Counted from the stretch's first letter, positions 30,933 through 42,208 are shown. The stretch is DNA of 64,000 nt from Candidatus Kapaibacterium sp. (GCA_028284775.1 JANQRB010000154.1:39785-103784); one strand, 5' to 3'. Notes: generated from the sequence alone by a model not told the origin. A program made the numbers and translations.

Positions 30933-31808
30933 TTAGCGTCGTCCTTCGCGTCGCTTGAAAAATGTCATCAGGGGAGCCACATACGACTCATCGGTCCGGA
31001 TGGTGATCACGTCAACGCCGGATCTGGCAAAGCAATTGGCAAGCAAGTCTTCATGTTCAAGCCACCAGCGTCGATAGTCATTGCGCAGCCTCTTACTCGA
31101 GGTGTCGACCCAGCGGGTGGCGCCTGTTTCGGCGTCGCGCAGTTGCACCAGCCCTACGGCCGGAATTTCAGCTTCGCGGGCGTCATAAATTCGAACCGCA
31201 ACAACATCGTGCTTTTTGTTGCTGATCTTAAGGGCCTCTTCAAATCGCGGCGCCAGAAAGTCCGAGATGACAAAAGCGATGCTGCGCTTTTTGATCACAT
31301 TGGCAAAATACTGCAGGGCCACGGTGATATCGCTGCCCTTGTGTTCCGGCCGAAACTCAATGAGCTCGCGAATGATGCGCAGAATGTGACTACGTCCCTT
31401 TTTGGGAGGCACAAACTTTTCCACCTGGTCGCTGAAAAAAATAACGCCGATCTTGTCGTTGTTCTGAATTGCGGAGAATGCCAGTACGGCGCAGAGCTCC
31501 GTCACGAGGTCTTTTTTAAACTGCCGTCGCGTCCCGAACTGTTCGGAGTTGCTGACGTCGACCAGCAACATTACGGTCAGCTCGCGCTCTTCCTCGAATA
31601 TTTTCACATAGGGGTGGCTGAAGCGCGCTGTGACATTCCAGTCAATCGTTCGAATGTCGTCGCCCGGCTGATATTCGCGTACTTCACTGAAGGCCATACC
31701 ACGACCTTTGAAGGCGCTGTGATACTCGCCGGAGAAGATTTGATTCGTCAGGCCACGAGTCTTGATTTCGATCTTTCTGACGTTTTTGAGCAGTTCCGTT
31801 GTTTCCAT
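30933..31808 (-). CDS. DUF58 family protein (MoxR-associated)
   Basis: GEYHSAFKGRGMAFSEVREYQPGDDIRTIDWNVTAR. Confidence 0.93.
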   Translation of the reverse strand: METTELLKNVRKIEIKTRGLTNQIFSGEYHSAFKGRGMAFSEVREYQPGDDIRTIDWNVTARFSHPYVKIFEEERELTVMLLVDVSNSEQFGTRRQFKKDLVTELCAVLAFSAIQNNDKIGVIFFSDQVEKFVPPKKGRSHILRIIRELIEFRPEHKGSDITVALQYFANVIKKRSIAFVISDFLAPRFEEALKISNKKHDVVAVRIYDAREAEIPAVGLVQLRDAETGATRWVDTSSKRLRNDYRRWWLEHEDLLANCFARSGVDVITIRTDESYVAPLMTFFKRREGRR

Positions 31809-31836
31809 CTTGAATTCACGCCTTGATAGCAGGAGT

Positions 31837-32826
31837 TTAGGGAACCTCGATACTGTTCAAAATTTCGTTAATAATGTCTTCCGACGTGACATTTTCCGCT
31901 TCCGCTTCATAGGTAATGCCAATGCGATGACGCATCACATCGTGGCAGATGGCTCGCACGTCTTCCGGGATGACATAGCCGCGCCGTTTAACAAAGGCAT
32001 AGGCTTTCGAGGCCTGGGCCAGATTAATACTGGCGCGCGGCGAGCCGCCATAGGAAATGAGCTGCTTCAGTTTCGCAAGATTGTATTCATCGGGATAGCG
32101 CGTGGCGAAAACAATGTCGATAATATACTTTTCGATTTTTTCATCCATATAGACATCGCGCAAAATCTCACGGGCGCGCAGAATGTCGCCGGGATCGACC
32201 GCTGGCTGAATTTCCGGCAGCTTGCCCTCCAGGTTTAAGCGCATAATCGCCTGCTCTTCTTCGCGTTTCGGGTAGGTGATGACGACCTTGAGCATAAAGC
32301 GGTCCACCTGCGCTTCCGGCAATGGATAGGTCCCTTCCTGCTCAACGGGATTCTGCGTCGCCAGGACGAGGAAAGGTTCGCTGAGTTTGAAAGTCGATTC
32401 CCCGATGGTAACCTGACGTTCCTGCATGGCTTCCAGCAAAGCGCTTTGTACCTTGGCCGGCGCGCGGTTGATTTCGTCGGCCAGGACAAAATTGGCGAAA
32501 ATCGGTCCCTTGCGAACGAGGAATTCTTCTTTGCGTTGATTGTAAATCATTGTTCCAACCAGATCGGCCGGCAGCAAATCGGGGGTGAACTGTATACGGC
32601 TGAATTTGGCGTGTACAATCGAAGCCAATGAGTTGATCGCCAGAGTTTTGGCCAGACCCGGCACCCCTTCCAGGAGGATGTGCCCGTTCGACAACAAGGC
32701 GATCAGAAGCCGGTCCAGCATGGAGCGCTGACCGATGATTACTTTGCCGAGTTCGTTTTGAATGGTTTCGACAAAGGCGCTTTCCGCTTGTATCTTCTCG
32801 TTGATTTCCTTTATGTTCGTCAACAT
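31837..32826 (-). CDS. moxR: MoxR AAA+ ATPase
   Basis: LLEGVPGLAKT, RIQFTPDLLPAD, DEINRAPAKVQSALLEAMQE, ATQNPVEQEGTYPLPEAQ. Confidence 0.95.
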   Translation of the reverse strand: MLTNIKEINEKIQAESAFVETIQNELGKVIIGQRSMLDRLLIALLSNGHILLEGVPGLAKTLAINSLASIVHAKFSRIQFTPDLLPADLVGTMIYNQRKEEFLVRKGPIFANFVLADEINRAPAKVQSALLEAMQERQVTIGESTFKLSEPFLVLATQNPVEQEGTYPLPEAQVDRFMLKVVITYPKREEEQAIMRLNLEGKLPEIQPAVDPGDILRAREILRDVYMDEKIEKYIIDIVFATRYPDEYNLAKLKQLISYGGSPRASINLAQASKAYAFVKRRGYVIPEDVRAICHDVMRHRIGITYEAEAENVTSEDIINEILNSIEVP

Positions 32827-33142
32827 GAAAGCGTCTCCGCTAGAATGACATGGTTATCGTAAAACCGACAAAACTACAGAATGTTTGCAAATATTTGAAG
32901 CTCATAATTTGAGTACTGATCGCTTTGAAGGCCTGGTTTTCAGCTTGTTTCCGCATTTGGCAGCCATTCGGGACGATTGTTTCGCGCTTCAAATATCACT
33001 AATTTGACAATTCAATTCGGAGGCATTCCTGCTGCCGGCAAAGGCCGATGCGCCGCAACCACCATAAAGCGTGGAATTAGCTACTGTTGCTACGGACAGG
33101 CTTGCTGCTGCTTTCTGTAATTTTGGATCGACATACGGACTC

Positions 33143-34378
33143 ATGGAACTTCACAATGGCTCTTATCAGATCGGCGGTGTTGAGGCGCTGCAGATTTGCC
33201 GGGATTTCGATACACCCGTTTATGTGTATGACACCGAGGTCATAGGCCGGCGCTACCGGGAATTGACACAGGCTTTTCAGGGAATCCGGCTTGATGTCAA
33301 ATATGCATGCAAGGCTTCAACCAACCCGGCCCTCTTGAAATACGTGCGATCGCTCGGCGCCGGCGTTGAGGGTGTTTCGATTCAGGAGATTCGTCTGGCG
33401 CTTCTGGCCGGCTTTGATCCGCAGCGTATTCTGTACACACCTAACTGCGTTGATTTTGCCGAACTCCGCGAAGCCGTTGACTTAGGCGTCCATATTAACA
33501 TCGACAACATTTCATTGCTTGAGCAGTTCGGTCATTTTTACGGGTCGTCCGTGCCGGTTTGTATTCGGATCAACCCGCATATTATGGCCGGCGGCAATGC
33601 CAATATTGCGGTTGGGCACATCGACTCGAAGTTTGGTATCTCGATCCACCAGATGCGCCACGTGCAGCGGATTGTCGACTCGCATAAGATTATGGTGCAT
33701 GGACTTCACATGCATACGGGCTCCGACATTCTGGATGCCGCTGTTTTTGCCCAGGCCGCCGAAGTTATGTTCAGCTATGCCCGTAATTTTTCCGACCTGC
33801 GCTATCTCGACTTCGGCAGCGGTTTCAAGGTCGCTTATCGCGACGGCGACGTGACCACCGACGTGGTCGCTCTCGGTGAAACGATCGTGCCGCTGTTTAA
33901 CAGTTTTTGCCGGGAATACGGACGGGAACTCGAATTGTGGTTCGAGCCCGGCAAATACCTGCTTAGCGAGGCCGGCTATTTTCTTGTGCGAACCAACGTC
34001 GTGAAGCAGACAACGGCCACGGTTTTTGCCGGTGTTAACTCCGGTATGAATCATCTGATTCGCCCCATGTTCTACGATTCCTATCACCGCATCCTTAACC
34101 TTTCGAATCCGGGCGGCACTCCGCGTATTTATACCGTTGTCGGCTATATCTGTGAAACGGATACCTTTGGCTGGGACCGGCAGCTCAATGAAGTTCGCGA
34201 AGGTGATATACTCGCCTTCTGTAATGCCGGAGCCTACGGAATGGCAATGGCTTCCAACTACAATTCACGATATCGCCCGGCGGAAGTCCTGGTGCATGAT
34301 GCCGCCGCTCATCTGATTCGCCGGCGCGAAAATTTTGAAGATCTGACGCGTACAGCGAATCTGGAGCTGGATTTCTGA
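33143..34378 (+). CDS. lysA: Diaminopimelate decarboxylase
   Basis: YACKA, DSKFG, HMHTGS, EPGKY, GYICETD, GAYG, SNYN. Confidence 0.93.
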   Translation: MELHNGSYQIGGVEALQICRDFDTPVYVYDTEVIGRRYRELTQAFQGIRLDVKYACKASTNPALLKYVRSLGAGVEGVSIQEIRLALLAGFDPQRILYTPNCVDFAELREAVDLGVHINIDNISLLEQFGHFYGSSVPVCIRINPHIMAGGNANIAVGHIDSKFGISIHQMRHVQRIVDSHKIMVHGLHMHTGSDILDAAVFAQAAEVMFSYARNFSDLRYLDFGSGFKVAYRDGDVTTDVVALGETIVPLFNSFCREYGRELELWFEPGKYLLSEAGYFLVRTNVVKQTTATVFAGVNSGMNHLIRPMFYDSYHRILNLSNPGGTPRIYTVVGYICETDTFGWDRQLNEVREGDILAFCNAGAYGMAMASNYNSRYRPAEVLVHDAAAHLIRRRENFEDLTRTANLELDF

Positions 34379-34407
34379 CGAAGGGAGTTTCAGCACCAAG
34401 CGCCCGA

Positions 34408-35064
34408 TCAGATCGGCCCCTTCTTAAACAAAATAAACGAGTACAAGACGGGGACAAGCGCGATGATCCCAATGTAAATATAGTAAGCAGTGGCATAAAT
34501 CTCTTCCGGCAGTATGAGCCAAAATAAGATCATTGCAAGCGAAGCCCAAACCCAGAGGTAGCCGGCCATGCGATGTGTTTTGCGCCAGATTTCCGGATAC
34601 TCAAGCGTCCACGGTGTTCGAATGCCGATGAAATAGTTGGAGCGAATATTGCCCATGTAGTTGCCGAGCACCAGAAAGACGAAGAGCGTGCTTAATGAGA
34701 TTACGGCGCCGACGTTGATGTCGTAACCAAGTGCAATGCCGATAATCACAAAAAAAATCAACAGCAGCATTGTGCTGAGTATGAGCCGGATTACCCGCAG
34801 CGTGCCGACGAATTTCGTGTAACTGGTTTTGCGCGGATCGATCGAGGGCAGAAGATAAATCAGCCCTGTAACGAGGATGTTAACAATCGGGATGCTGAAG
34901 ACGCCGAAGCTTTTGGAACTGTAATCATTGACTTCACCTTGCAGATTCCAGTGTGTCGCGATTTGTTCCGGCAGTTGCTCCCAGATAAAGGGAATCACGG
35001 CAAAGGGAGTTAACAGTAGCAATAACTGCAGCCATTCCCTGCGAATAAAGACTTTGACACTCAT
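34408..35064 (-). CDS. sdpI: SdpI-family immunity/membrane protein
   Basis: LPEQIATHW, IDP, GNYM..NYFIGIRTPWTL..WRKTHR. Confidence 0.88.
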   Translation of the reverse strand: MSVKVFIRREWLQLLLLLTPFAVIPFIWEQLPEQIATHWNLQGEVNDYSSKSFGVFSIPIVNILVTGLIYLLPSIDPRKTSYTKFVGTLRVIRLILSTMLLLIFFVIIGIALGYDINVGAVISLSTLFVFLVLGNYMGNIRSNYFIGIRTPWTLEYPEIWRKTHRMAGYLWVWASLAMILFWLILPEEIYATAYYIYIGIIALVPVLYSFILFKKGPI

Positions 35065-35336
35065 TCTTCATTCTCCGATTTTTTGCGCAGCAAGGTCATC
35101 ATCCATTTCAGTGTTTCGTCAAGAACCGTCGTGTTGAGCGAGTAGTAAACAAACTGCCCTCTCTTGTCGGCCAAAACGAGCTCAGCCCGCTTGAGTAAGT
35201 CAAGATGGTAGGAAATGCTGGGCTTGCTGATGTCGAATGCGCCGGCGATTTCTCCGGCCGTTAAGTCCTGTTCCTTTAACATTTCCAGGATTGAACGACG
35301 CGTCGGATCGTCCAGCGCCTTGAAGAGGGCGTTCAT
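35061..35336 (-). CDS. sdpR: SdpR-type ArsR-family autorepressor
   Basis: FKALDDPTRRSIL, TAGEIA, SKPSISYHLDLLK, GQFVYYSLNTTV. Confidence 0.9.
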   Translation of the reverse strand: MNALFKALDDPTRRSILEMLKEQDLTAGEIAGAFDISKPSISYHLDLLKRAELVLADKRGQFVYYSLNTTVLDETLKWMMTLLRKKSENEE

Positions 35337-35342
35337 TCTTGT

Positions 35343-35368
35343 TTTAGATAATTAGATAAATATCTAAA
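35343..35368. promoter_or_regulatory. Probable SdpR operator
   Basis: TTAGATA-AA-TATCTAA palindrome plus an extra TTAGATA just upstream of the sdpR start. Confidence 0.7.
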
Positions 35369-36112
35369 TGCTTGATTCAAGTATACAAAGAATGCCGGGT
35401 AAAGTCAACAGGATTCTCTGTCGCAGACGCAAAAACTGCGCTGAAGTCAAAAGCATTCATTCTTGTAAAATGCCTGTAACCTTCCAGTTGACTTTGTGTT
35501 ATAAGCCCGTGCCTCGCAAGTGAGGACCTGAAATCAAACAGATAGATTTGATTTTGCCTTGAGGACGACGGCGACATAAACCTGCGCCGAATGCTCAAGC
35601 ACAGATGTTAACACGCGAGTGATGGGCCGATCACATGCTCACGTGACTGCATTCGGGATGATGCACTCTCAGACGGCCTACAAAAAGTTTAATTAACAGT
35701 AAGCGAATCGCATCGGATCGAGTTCAATGAATTGATCTCGGCGGATAACGCTTGTCGTGTCCGTACATGTGAAAATTGAGGGCATTTACTTTCCGGGTAA
35801 ATCCGAGATAGGGGGAAGGCGGGCACATAGGTGTTTTTCCTATGGGTGGCGCGCATTGAGGGTATGTAATTATCCCGCCTTTTCCCCTATTCTCGTTTCT
35901 CTTATATCGGCTGCCATCCTCTCTCACCAGCAGATTCTTCTTCCGTCAACTTCTTCAGTTTCATTTGTCTCAGTGCATGCCTGCCGTCGCAGGACCGGCG
36001 CGAGCCCTTTGTTGCCATCTGATAGACAATTTCGACTGCGTCATAGTCGTCAGCGCTCACGCCCGGACATTTTATCTTTTCCGGTATTTTTGCATTATGG
36101 ACACGGCAAAGA

Positions 36113-36535
36113 ATGGCTCACCAATTTGAGGTCCTCGAGCATACAGCTGACGTACGCCTGAAGGTCCGTGCCGACTGCCTGGAAGAACTGTTTGCCGGCG
36201 CCTTAAGGGGAATGTGCCACCTTATTCAAGAAGGAGGATGCGAGAAGGCAGCCGATTCCTCGCTCTGCGAAGAGTTCAGTATCAGCTCTGTTGACCATGC
36301 TGCTTTGCTGGTAGACTTCTTGTCTAAGGTGCTGGTACTGATTTCAACCAACTGCGCTTTATACTGCGATGTTACTATTCACGAGTTGTCGGGCACTTTT
36401 TTACGGGTTAGTGTCAAAGGCTTTGTTACCGAGAGCGATTTTGATGAAGATATTAAGGCTGTCACATACCACGAAAATGCCGTTATTCGGGCTGAAAACG
36501 GCGATTATATAAGCACCATCGTTTTTGATATATAA
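36113..36535 (+). CDS. Archease
   Basis: EHTADV near the N-terminus, IKAVTYH, C-terminal FDI. Confidence 0.92.
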   Translation: MAHQFEVLEHTADVRLKVRADCLEELFAGALRGMCHLIQEGGCEKAADSSLCEEFSISSVDHAALLVDFLSKVLVLISTNCALYCDVTIHELSGTFLRVSVKGFVTESDFDEDIKAVTYHENAVIRAENGDYISTIVFDI

Positions 36536-37202
36536 CAAGGCAGCCCAAATTCGGCCGAAAATGGCGGTAAAAGCGATGTTACCGGCAAGGGAATATTGGT
36601 ATTGCTTACTGCATTGATCAGGCTGTATGTTTGTCGGTGAGAATCCGGAAGCGCAATTAATCGCAGTACCTAAGCAATCTCCGGTCAGGTGTTTCAGGGT
36701 TCTCGTAAATGTTGCCGCTCGCAGAGCGGAGTGCCATAAGAACATTTTTCAGGTGGCGCATCGACACAGGCAAAGTGTCAAAACCGTAAAGGGAGCCCCC
36801 CTCAATAGGGTGGCTGAGGGGGACTCTCTTGCGGTTGTTTATCCAGGCTATCTCAGTCGTATTCTGGCAGCACCGGTAGCCGATTCGCACAAGTAAAAAT
36901 TGCTGTTTGTTTTTTCACATGGCTGTCTTTGGTTACTCGCATAGTGAATACAACCTTCGAAAGCCATGAGCTGCTCACTTTTCGCGCAGCGAAAGAGATC
37001 GCCTGACTGACGACCTCTAGAGGGTCAGAGGTTGAAAGTAGCTCCTACGACTTGTTCGCTCCAGGGACAAGACGGAAAGGAGTTGCTTCCTTTTAAAGCA
37101 GCATATCGTATTTTCTCCTTCGTTCGCATCCTGTTTTTGCGTTTTCAATTAACACGACGTCATTTTTTTGAGTCTTCGCAAACAGCCAAGCAGCAAACTA
37201 CT

Positions 37203-38651
37203 ATGTCCATTAAAGATATTATTCGGGAGCAGACTCCCTGGAGCTGGGAGATCCCGCGTTCATACAACGACGCTATGGCTGTGCCTGCGCTGGTTTTCGC
37301 CGATGCGGCGATGCTCCGCGATGTCATGAGCGACCGTTCGCTTGAACAATTGGTGAACGTTGCCTCCCTGCCTGGGATTCTGCGCGCGGCGATGGTGATG
37401 CCTGATGTCCATGAAGGCTATGGCTTCCCCATTGGCGGTATTGCGGCTACCGAATACCCGCATGGCGCCATTTCACCCGGTGGCATCGGCTACGACATCA
37501 ACTGCGGTGTCCGCCTGCTGACAACCGAGTTTCTGTACACCGACCTCAGCGACAAGTTTCGCAAGCTGGCCGAGGAGCTGAACCGACAGATCCCCTCCGG
37601 CGTCGGAAGGGGCGGCAGCCTGCGACTGTCGCAATCGGAGTTGGACAGGGTGCTGAACGAGGGGGCGCCCTATCTGATTGCCCAGGGCTACGGCTCGCCG
37701 CGTGACGCCCATTTTACCGAATCGGGCGGCTGCCTGGACTGGGCGGACGCCAATCAAGTGTCGGAAGATGCGCGCCGGCGCGGATTCAACCAGGTGGGAA
37801 CCATGGGCAGCGGTAATCATTTCGTGGAGATCGACCGCGTCGATTCGATTTTCGATGCCGATACCGCCGACCGCTTCGGGCTGCGTATGAATCAGGTTGT
37901 TGTGTTGATTCACACCGGCTCGCGCGGCCTCGGTCATCAGGTGGCCACCGATTACATCCGGCTTCTGATGTCGGCGATGCCGAAGTACGACATCCACCTG
38001 CCGGATCGCGAGCTGGCCTGCGTTCCTTTGTCATCACCGGAGGGCAGCGACTATTTCAAAGCGATGGCCGCTGCCGCTAATTTTGCATGGGCCAACCGTC
38101 AGCTGATTACTCATAGAGTGCGCACCGCCTTTGCCAATGTATTGGGGACAAAACGCAGCGGACAGATAGAGGTACTCTATGATGTGGCCCATAATATTGC
38201 CAAGATTGAAGAGCATGAAGTGGATGGCAGACGCAAACAGGTCATCGTGCATCGCAAAGGCGCTACCCGCGCCTTTGGTCCCGGAAATCCCGAAGTCGTA
38301 GAGGAATATCGCAATGAGGGGCAGCCGGTGTTGATTCCCGGCAGTATGGGGACCGCCTCATTCGTATTGGCCGGCACTGAAAAGAGCATGCAGTACAGCT
38401 TCGGCTCGACCTGTCATGGCGCGGGACGCCGTATGTCGCGGACGAGGGCCCGGAAAGAAGTCAGGGCCAGCGAGCTTATCCAGAAGCTGGCGAGCAAGGG
38501 AATTCATGTGCAGGCGGGCTCGAAACGTGGACTTACGGAAGAGGCGCCGTTGGCGTATAAAGATGTCAATGCCGTCGTCGACATCGTGCATGATGCCGGA
38601 ATTGCCCGTAAGATTGCCCGTCTGCGCCCCGTTGCGGTGGTAAAGGGCTAA
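37203..38651 (+). CDS. rtcB: RtcB RNA ligase (archease-associated type)
   Basis: PDVHEGYGFPIGG, GYDINCGVRL, GSGNHF, HTGSRG, HNIAK, HRKGATRA, HGAGR. Confidence 0.96.
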   Translation: MSIKDIIREQTPWSWEIPRSYNDAMAVPALVFADAAMLRDVMSDRSLEQLVNVASLPGILRAAMVMPDVHEGYGFPIGGIAATEYPHGAISPGGIGYDINCGVRLLTTEFLYTDLSDKFRKLAEELNRQIPSGVGRGGSLRLSQSELDRVLNEGAPYLIAQGYGSPRDAHFTESGGCLDWADANQVSEDARRRGFNQVGTMGSGNHFVEIDRVDSIFDADTADRFGLRMNQVVVLIHTGSRGLGHQVATDYIRLLMSAMPKYDIHLPDRELACVPLSSPEGSDYFKAMAAAANFAWANRQLITHRVRTAFANVLGTKRSGQIEVLYDVAHNIAKIEEHEVDGRRKQVIVHRKGATRAFGPGNPEVVEEYRNEGQPVLIPGSMGTASFVLAGTEKSMQYSFGSTCHGAGRRMSRTRARKEVRASELIQKLASKGIHVQAGSKRGLTEEAPLAYKDVNAVVDIVHDAGIARKIARLRPVAVVKG

Positions 38652-38760
38652 GGCGAATTCCCGCCGCGATCGAGCCGGGGCAAAAGTTTTTTTGTGCGTC
38701 GGCAAATGCGTAGCTTGTAGCTTTTAAATGATTTTTTCTCGCTATTGCGGCGCATTACAC

Positions 38761-41682
38761 GTGGCTAAACGGAAGGCAAGCAATGGAGCGGGTGGCAAAA
38801 CGACGACCAAGGTAATCGCGGTTCGCGGCGCCCGGGTTCACAATCTGAAGAATATTTCGCTGGAGATACCGCGCAACCGCTTTACGGTCGTAACGGGCGT
38901 CAGCGGCTCCGGCAAGTCCTCACTGGCATTCGATACGCTCTATGCCGAGGGGCAGCGGCGGTTTGTCGAGTCGCTCTCGGCCTATGCACGGCAGTTTCTG
39001 GAACGAATGAATAAGCCGGAAGTCGATCTGATCACCGGTATTCCTCCGGCTATCGCCATCGAACAGAAAACTGTGTCGCGCAATCCTCGCTCCACCGTCG
39101 GAACGTCGACAGAGGTCTACGATTATCTGCGTTTGCTGTTTGGACGCCTTGGCACCACGATCTGCAAGAAGTGCGGCAATCCGGTGCGCAAAGATACGCC
39201 GCAGTCGGCGCTGGAACAGATGCTGAGCTCCTGGAAGAGCGGCGACAAACTCTTCGTATTGTTTCCGCTGCCAAGGCACCAGGGCCATGAGATTGATGAA
39301 GAAATGCAGAACATGCGCGAACAGGGCTTTTTTCGTCTTGTGCTCCCCAGCGCCAACGAAATCTACGACCTTGACGGCGACGGCTTGCCGCGCAAAGTAG
39401 CAAAAGAAGAGGTGTTTGTTCTCGCCGACCGTGTGGTGCTGCGCAACAATGAAGATACGCGCTCTCGCCTTGTCGATTCCCTGGAAACCGCCTTCAACAA
39501 AGGTGACGGCCGCTGCACCGTGCGGAACATCAGCCGCGAAGAAGAACTGCATTTCAGCACACGATTCGAGTGCGCAGTGGATGGCATTGTCTACGAAGAA
39601 CCGCAGCCGCGACTTTTTTCGTTTAACAATCCCTTCGGGGCCTGCCCGCAGTGCCAGGGTTTCGGGCGCTGTATCGGCATCGACGAAAACCTTGTCATAC
39701 CCGATCGGCGCAAGTCGATTATGGAAGGCGCCATTCACCCCTTTACCACGCCGACACACTCGAAACATCTGCGGGGTCTGCTCAGCGAAGCCAAAAAGCA
39801 CGCCATTCCCCTCGATAAACCGATCGATGCCTTGACGCAAGCGCATATGGACTTTTTGTGGGATGGCGGGGGGCAGTATATCGGCATCAACGGCTTCTTC
39901 AAAATGCTGGAAGAAAAGTCCTACAAGATGCACTACCGTGTACTCATGAGCCGCTACCGCGGTTATACGCGCTGTAACGCATGCAAGGGTTCGCGCCTTC
40001 GCACGTCGGCGCGTCAGGTCTATTTATCCGGTAAGAACCTGCCTCAGGTCGTCACGATGACACTGGGCGCTGCACAGCAGTTTGTCGAAGAGCTCGACCT
40101 AGACGACTACGGCGAGAAAGTTGCCGGGCGAATCGTTGCCGAGCTTCGAAATCGCTTGCGTCTACTCGTGGAGATCGGGGTTGAGTATCTGACCCTCGAC
40201 CGTTTGTCGCATACGCTGTCCGGCGGCGAATCCCAGCGTCTGCATCTGGCCTCTTCGATCGGTTCCTCCCTGGTGGGAGCGCTGTATGTGCTTGACGAAC
40301 CGAGCATCGGGCTGCATCCTCGTGACACCGAGCGTATGATCGGCATACTGCACAAGCTGCGGAACCTCGGCAATACCGTCATCGTCGTGGAACATGATAC
40401 CGACATAATGCGCAGCGCCGACTCCATAATTGACATGGGGCCGCGCGCCGGCGAGCATGGCGGCACCGTCGTTTTTCAGGGCAGCTACGAAGCCCTGTGT
40501 AAATCACGCTCCTCGATCACCGGTAAATATCTCAGCGGCAAGTCTTCGATCCGGGTGCCGGAGACGCGCAGTCCGGGCAACGGCCGGAAGCTGCTCATCC
40601 GCAAGCCGAGCGAACACAACCTCAAGGGACAGAACGTCACGATACCCCTGGGCTGCAAAGTCGTGGTAACGGGCGTCAGCGGCTCCGGCAAAAGCACCCT
40701 TATTCACGATGTGCTGTACAGCAGCCTGATGCGCGCGCGCGGCAAGCAAATCAGCAGCGCGGGCCGCTGCGAAGGTATCGAGGGCATGGAGCACATCGTC
40801 AATGTTGAAATGATCGATCAGTCGCCGATCGGCAAATCTCCCCGATCGACGCCGGCTACCTATACCAAAGCCTTCGATGCTGTTCGCGAAGTATTCGCCG
40901 CCACGCAGATTGCCCGCCGGCACAAACGCAAACCGGGCTACTTCTCTTTTAATGTCCCCGGCGGACGCTGCCCCACCTGCGAAGGCGATGGAATGGTCAA
41001 AATCGAAATGCAGTTTTTGGCCGACATTTTCCTGGAATGTGAAGATTGCAAAGGCAGCCGCTACCAGAAAGAAGCGCGTGAAATCCTGTATAAGGACAAG
41101 TCAATTGTCGACGTGTTGAAAATGACCGTCGATGAGGCCCTCGAATATTTCAGCGACGAAGCCAAGGTCAAGCGACGCTTGAAAATCCTCAAAGACGTTG
41201 GGCTGGGCTACATTCGACTGGGACAGCCGGGTACGACCCTTTCCGGCGGTGAGGCGCAACGAGTAAAGCTCGCCGCCCATTTGCAGGTTAAAAACAGCGA
41301 TCCGACCCTTTTCATATTTGATGAGCCTACGACCGGCCTCCATTTCGACGACATCGCTAAATTACTCCATTGCTTCGATCAACTGGTGGAACGGGGGCAC
41401 TCGGTGGTAATTGTGGAGCATAATCTCGATGTCATCAAATCCGCCGACTGGATTATAGACCTGGGGCCGGATGCCGGTGAAGCCGGCGGTAAGGTTGTTG
41501 TGGCCGGAACGCCGGAAAAAGTGGCGCTGGCCGAGAGCTCGCATACCGGAAGATTTCTCCGCGAAGCACTCTTCGGACCGGTCGGCGGTTCGGGCAAGTC
41601 GCCCAACGGTGCGTCCACGCGTCGATCCGCCGCGGCGAACACCCGCCGGAAATCCCTTGCCGCCAGTGGCAATTCGCGTTAG
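38761..41682 (+). CDS. uvrA: Excinuclease ABC subunit A
   Basis: Two GVSGSGKS Walker A motifs, zinc fingers, LSGGE signatures, DEPSIGLH and DEPTTGLH. Confidence 0.95.
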   Translation: MAKRKASNGAGGKTTTKVIAVRGARVHNLKNISLEIPRNRFTVVTGVSGSGKSSLAFDTLYAEGQRRFVESLSAYARQFLERMNKPEVDLITGIPPAIAIEQKTVSRNPRSTVGTSTEVYDYLRLLFGRLGTTICKKCGNPVRKDTPQSALEQMLSSWKSGDKLFVLFPLPRHQGHEIDEEMQNMREQGFFRLVLPSANEIYDLDGDGLPRKVAKEEVFVLADRVVLRNNEDTRSRLVDSLETAFNKGDGRCTVRNISREEELHFSTRFECAVDGIVYEEPQPRLFSFNNPFGACPQCQGFGRCIGIDENLVIPDRRKSIMEGAIHPFTTPTHSKHLRGLLSEAKKHAIPLDKPIDALTQAHMDFLWDGGGQYIGINGFFKMLEEKSYKMHYRVLMSRYRGYTRCNACKGSRLRTSARQVYLSGKNLPQVVTMTLGAAQQFVEELDLDDYGEKVAGRIVAELRNRLRLLVEIGVEYLTLDRLSHTLSGGESQRLHLASSIGSSLVGALYVLDEPSIGLHPRDTERMIGILHKLRNLGNTVIVVEHDTDIMRSADSIIDMGPRAGEHGGTVVFQGSYEALCKSRSSITGKYLSGKSSIRVPETRSPGNGRKLLIRKPSEHNLKGQNVTIPLGCKVVVTGVSGSGKSTLIHDVLYSSLMRARGKQISSAGRCEGIEGMEHIVNVEMIDQSPIGKSPRSTPATYTKAFDAVREVFAATQIARRHKRKPGYFSFNVPGGRCPTCEGDGMVKIEMQFLADIFLECEDCKGSRYQKEAREILYKDKSIVDVLKMTVDEALEYFSDEAKVKRRLKILKDVGLGYIRLGQPGTTLSGGEAQRVKLAAHLQVKNSDPTLFIFDEPTTGLHFDDIAKLLHCFDQLVERGHSVVIVEHNLDVIKSADWIIDLGPDAGEAGGKVVVAGTPEKVALAESSHTGRFLREALFGPVGGSGKSPNGASTRRSAAANTRRKSLAASGNSR

Positions 41683-41695
41683 TTTTGGTGAATAT

Positions 41696-42208
41696 ATGAG
41701 AACCTTTGTCGCGATTCGAAACGCCTTTCTTGCCCTTGCGGTCCTTTTGAACCTGACAGCCTGCTCCGACAGTCCGGGCGATCAGGCGCCGGACCCCAAC
41801 GATCCGAACCTGGCTCTACCCGGTACGCTGCGTGTTGATCTGGACGGCATTCCCTACGAGCCGGCCGAAGATCGTATCAGCCTGCAATTCAATGACGAGA
41901 CGAAAGAGCTGCTCATAGCCGTTGTGGATGGCGACGTGCTGATGACAATCAAATTAGCCAATTCCGGTGCGACCAACACCCACGAACTGGGACCGGAAAA
42001 GGAAAGTAGCATCGTTTATCGCGTCGGTGTCGGCGTGCAGACCGCCTATGTCAGTACTAAGGAGGGCGGCGGCGGCTCCGCGTTCGTCGCTTCATTTTTG
42101 AGTACCGGCGCTATCGGCAGTTTCCAGGGTACGCTTGTTAACAGCAACGATCCCGATGACATAATCGTGATGGAAAACGGCGTATTCAATCTGCGATTCA
42201 ATGAATAA
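41696..42208 (+). CDS. Hypothetical lipoprotein
   Basis: Signal peptide ending in lipobox LTAC. Confidence 0.7.
   Translation: MRTFVAIRNAFLALAVLLNLTACSDSPGDQAPDPNDPNLALPGTLRVDLDGIPYEPAEDRISLQFNDETKELLIAVVDGDVLMTIKLANSGATNTHELGPEKESSIVYRVGVGVQTAYVSTKEGGGGSAFVASFLSTGAIGSFQGTLVNSNDPDDIIVMENGVFNLRFNE

Noticed and set aside
34408..35336. Sdp cannibalism toxin locus
   Set aside because: Only sdpR and sdpI are present, with no sdpABC; the lone pair is widespread
36657..36890. 77-aa minus-strand ORF and 89-aa plus-strand ORF between archease and rtcB
   Set aside because: No RBS or protein-like features, and both run through a long hairpin
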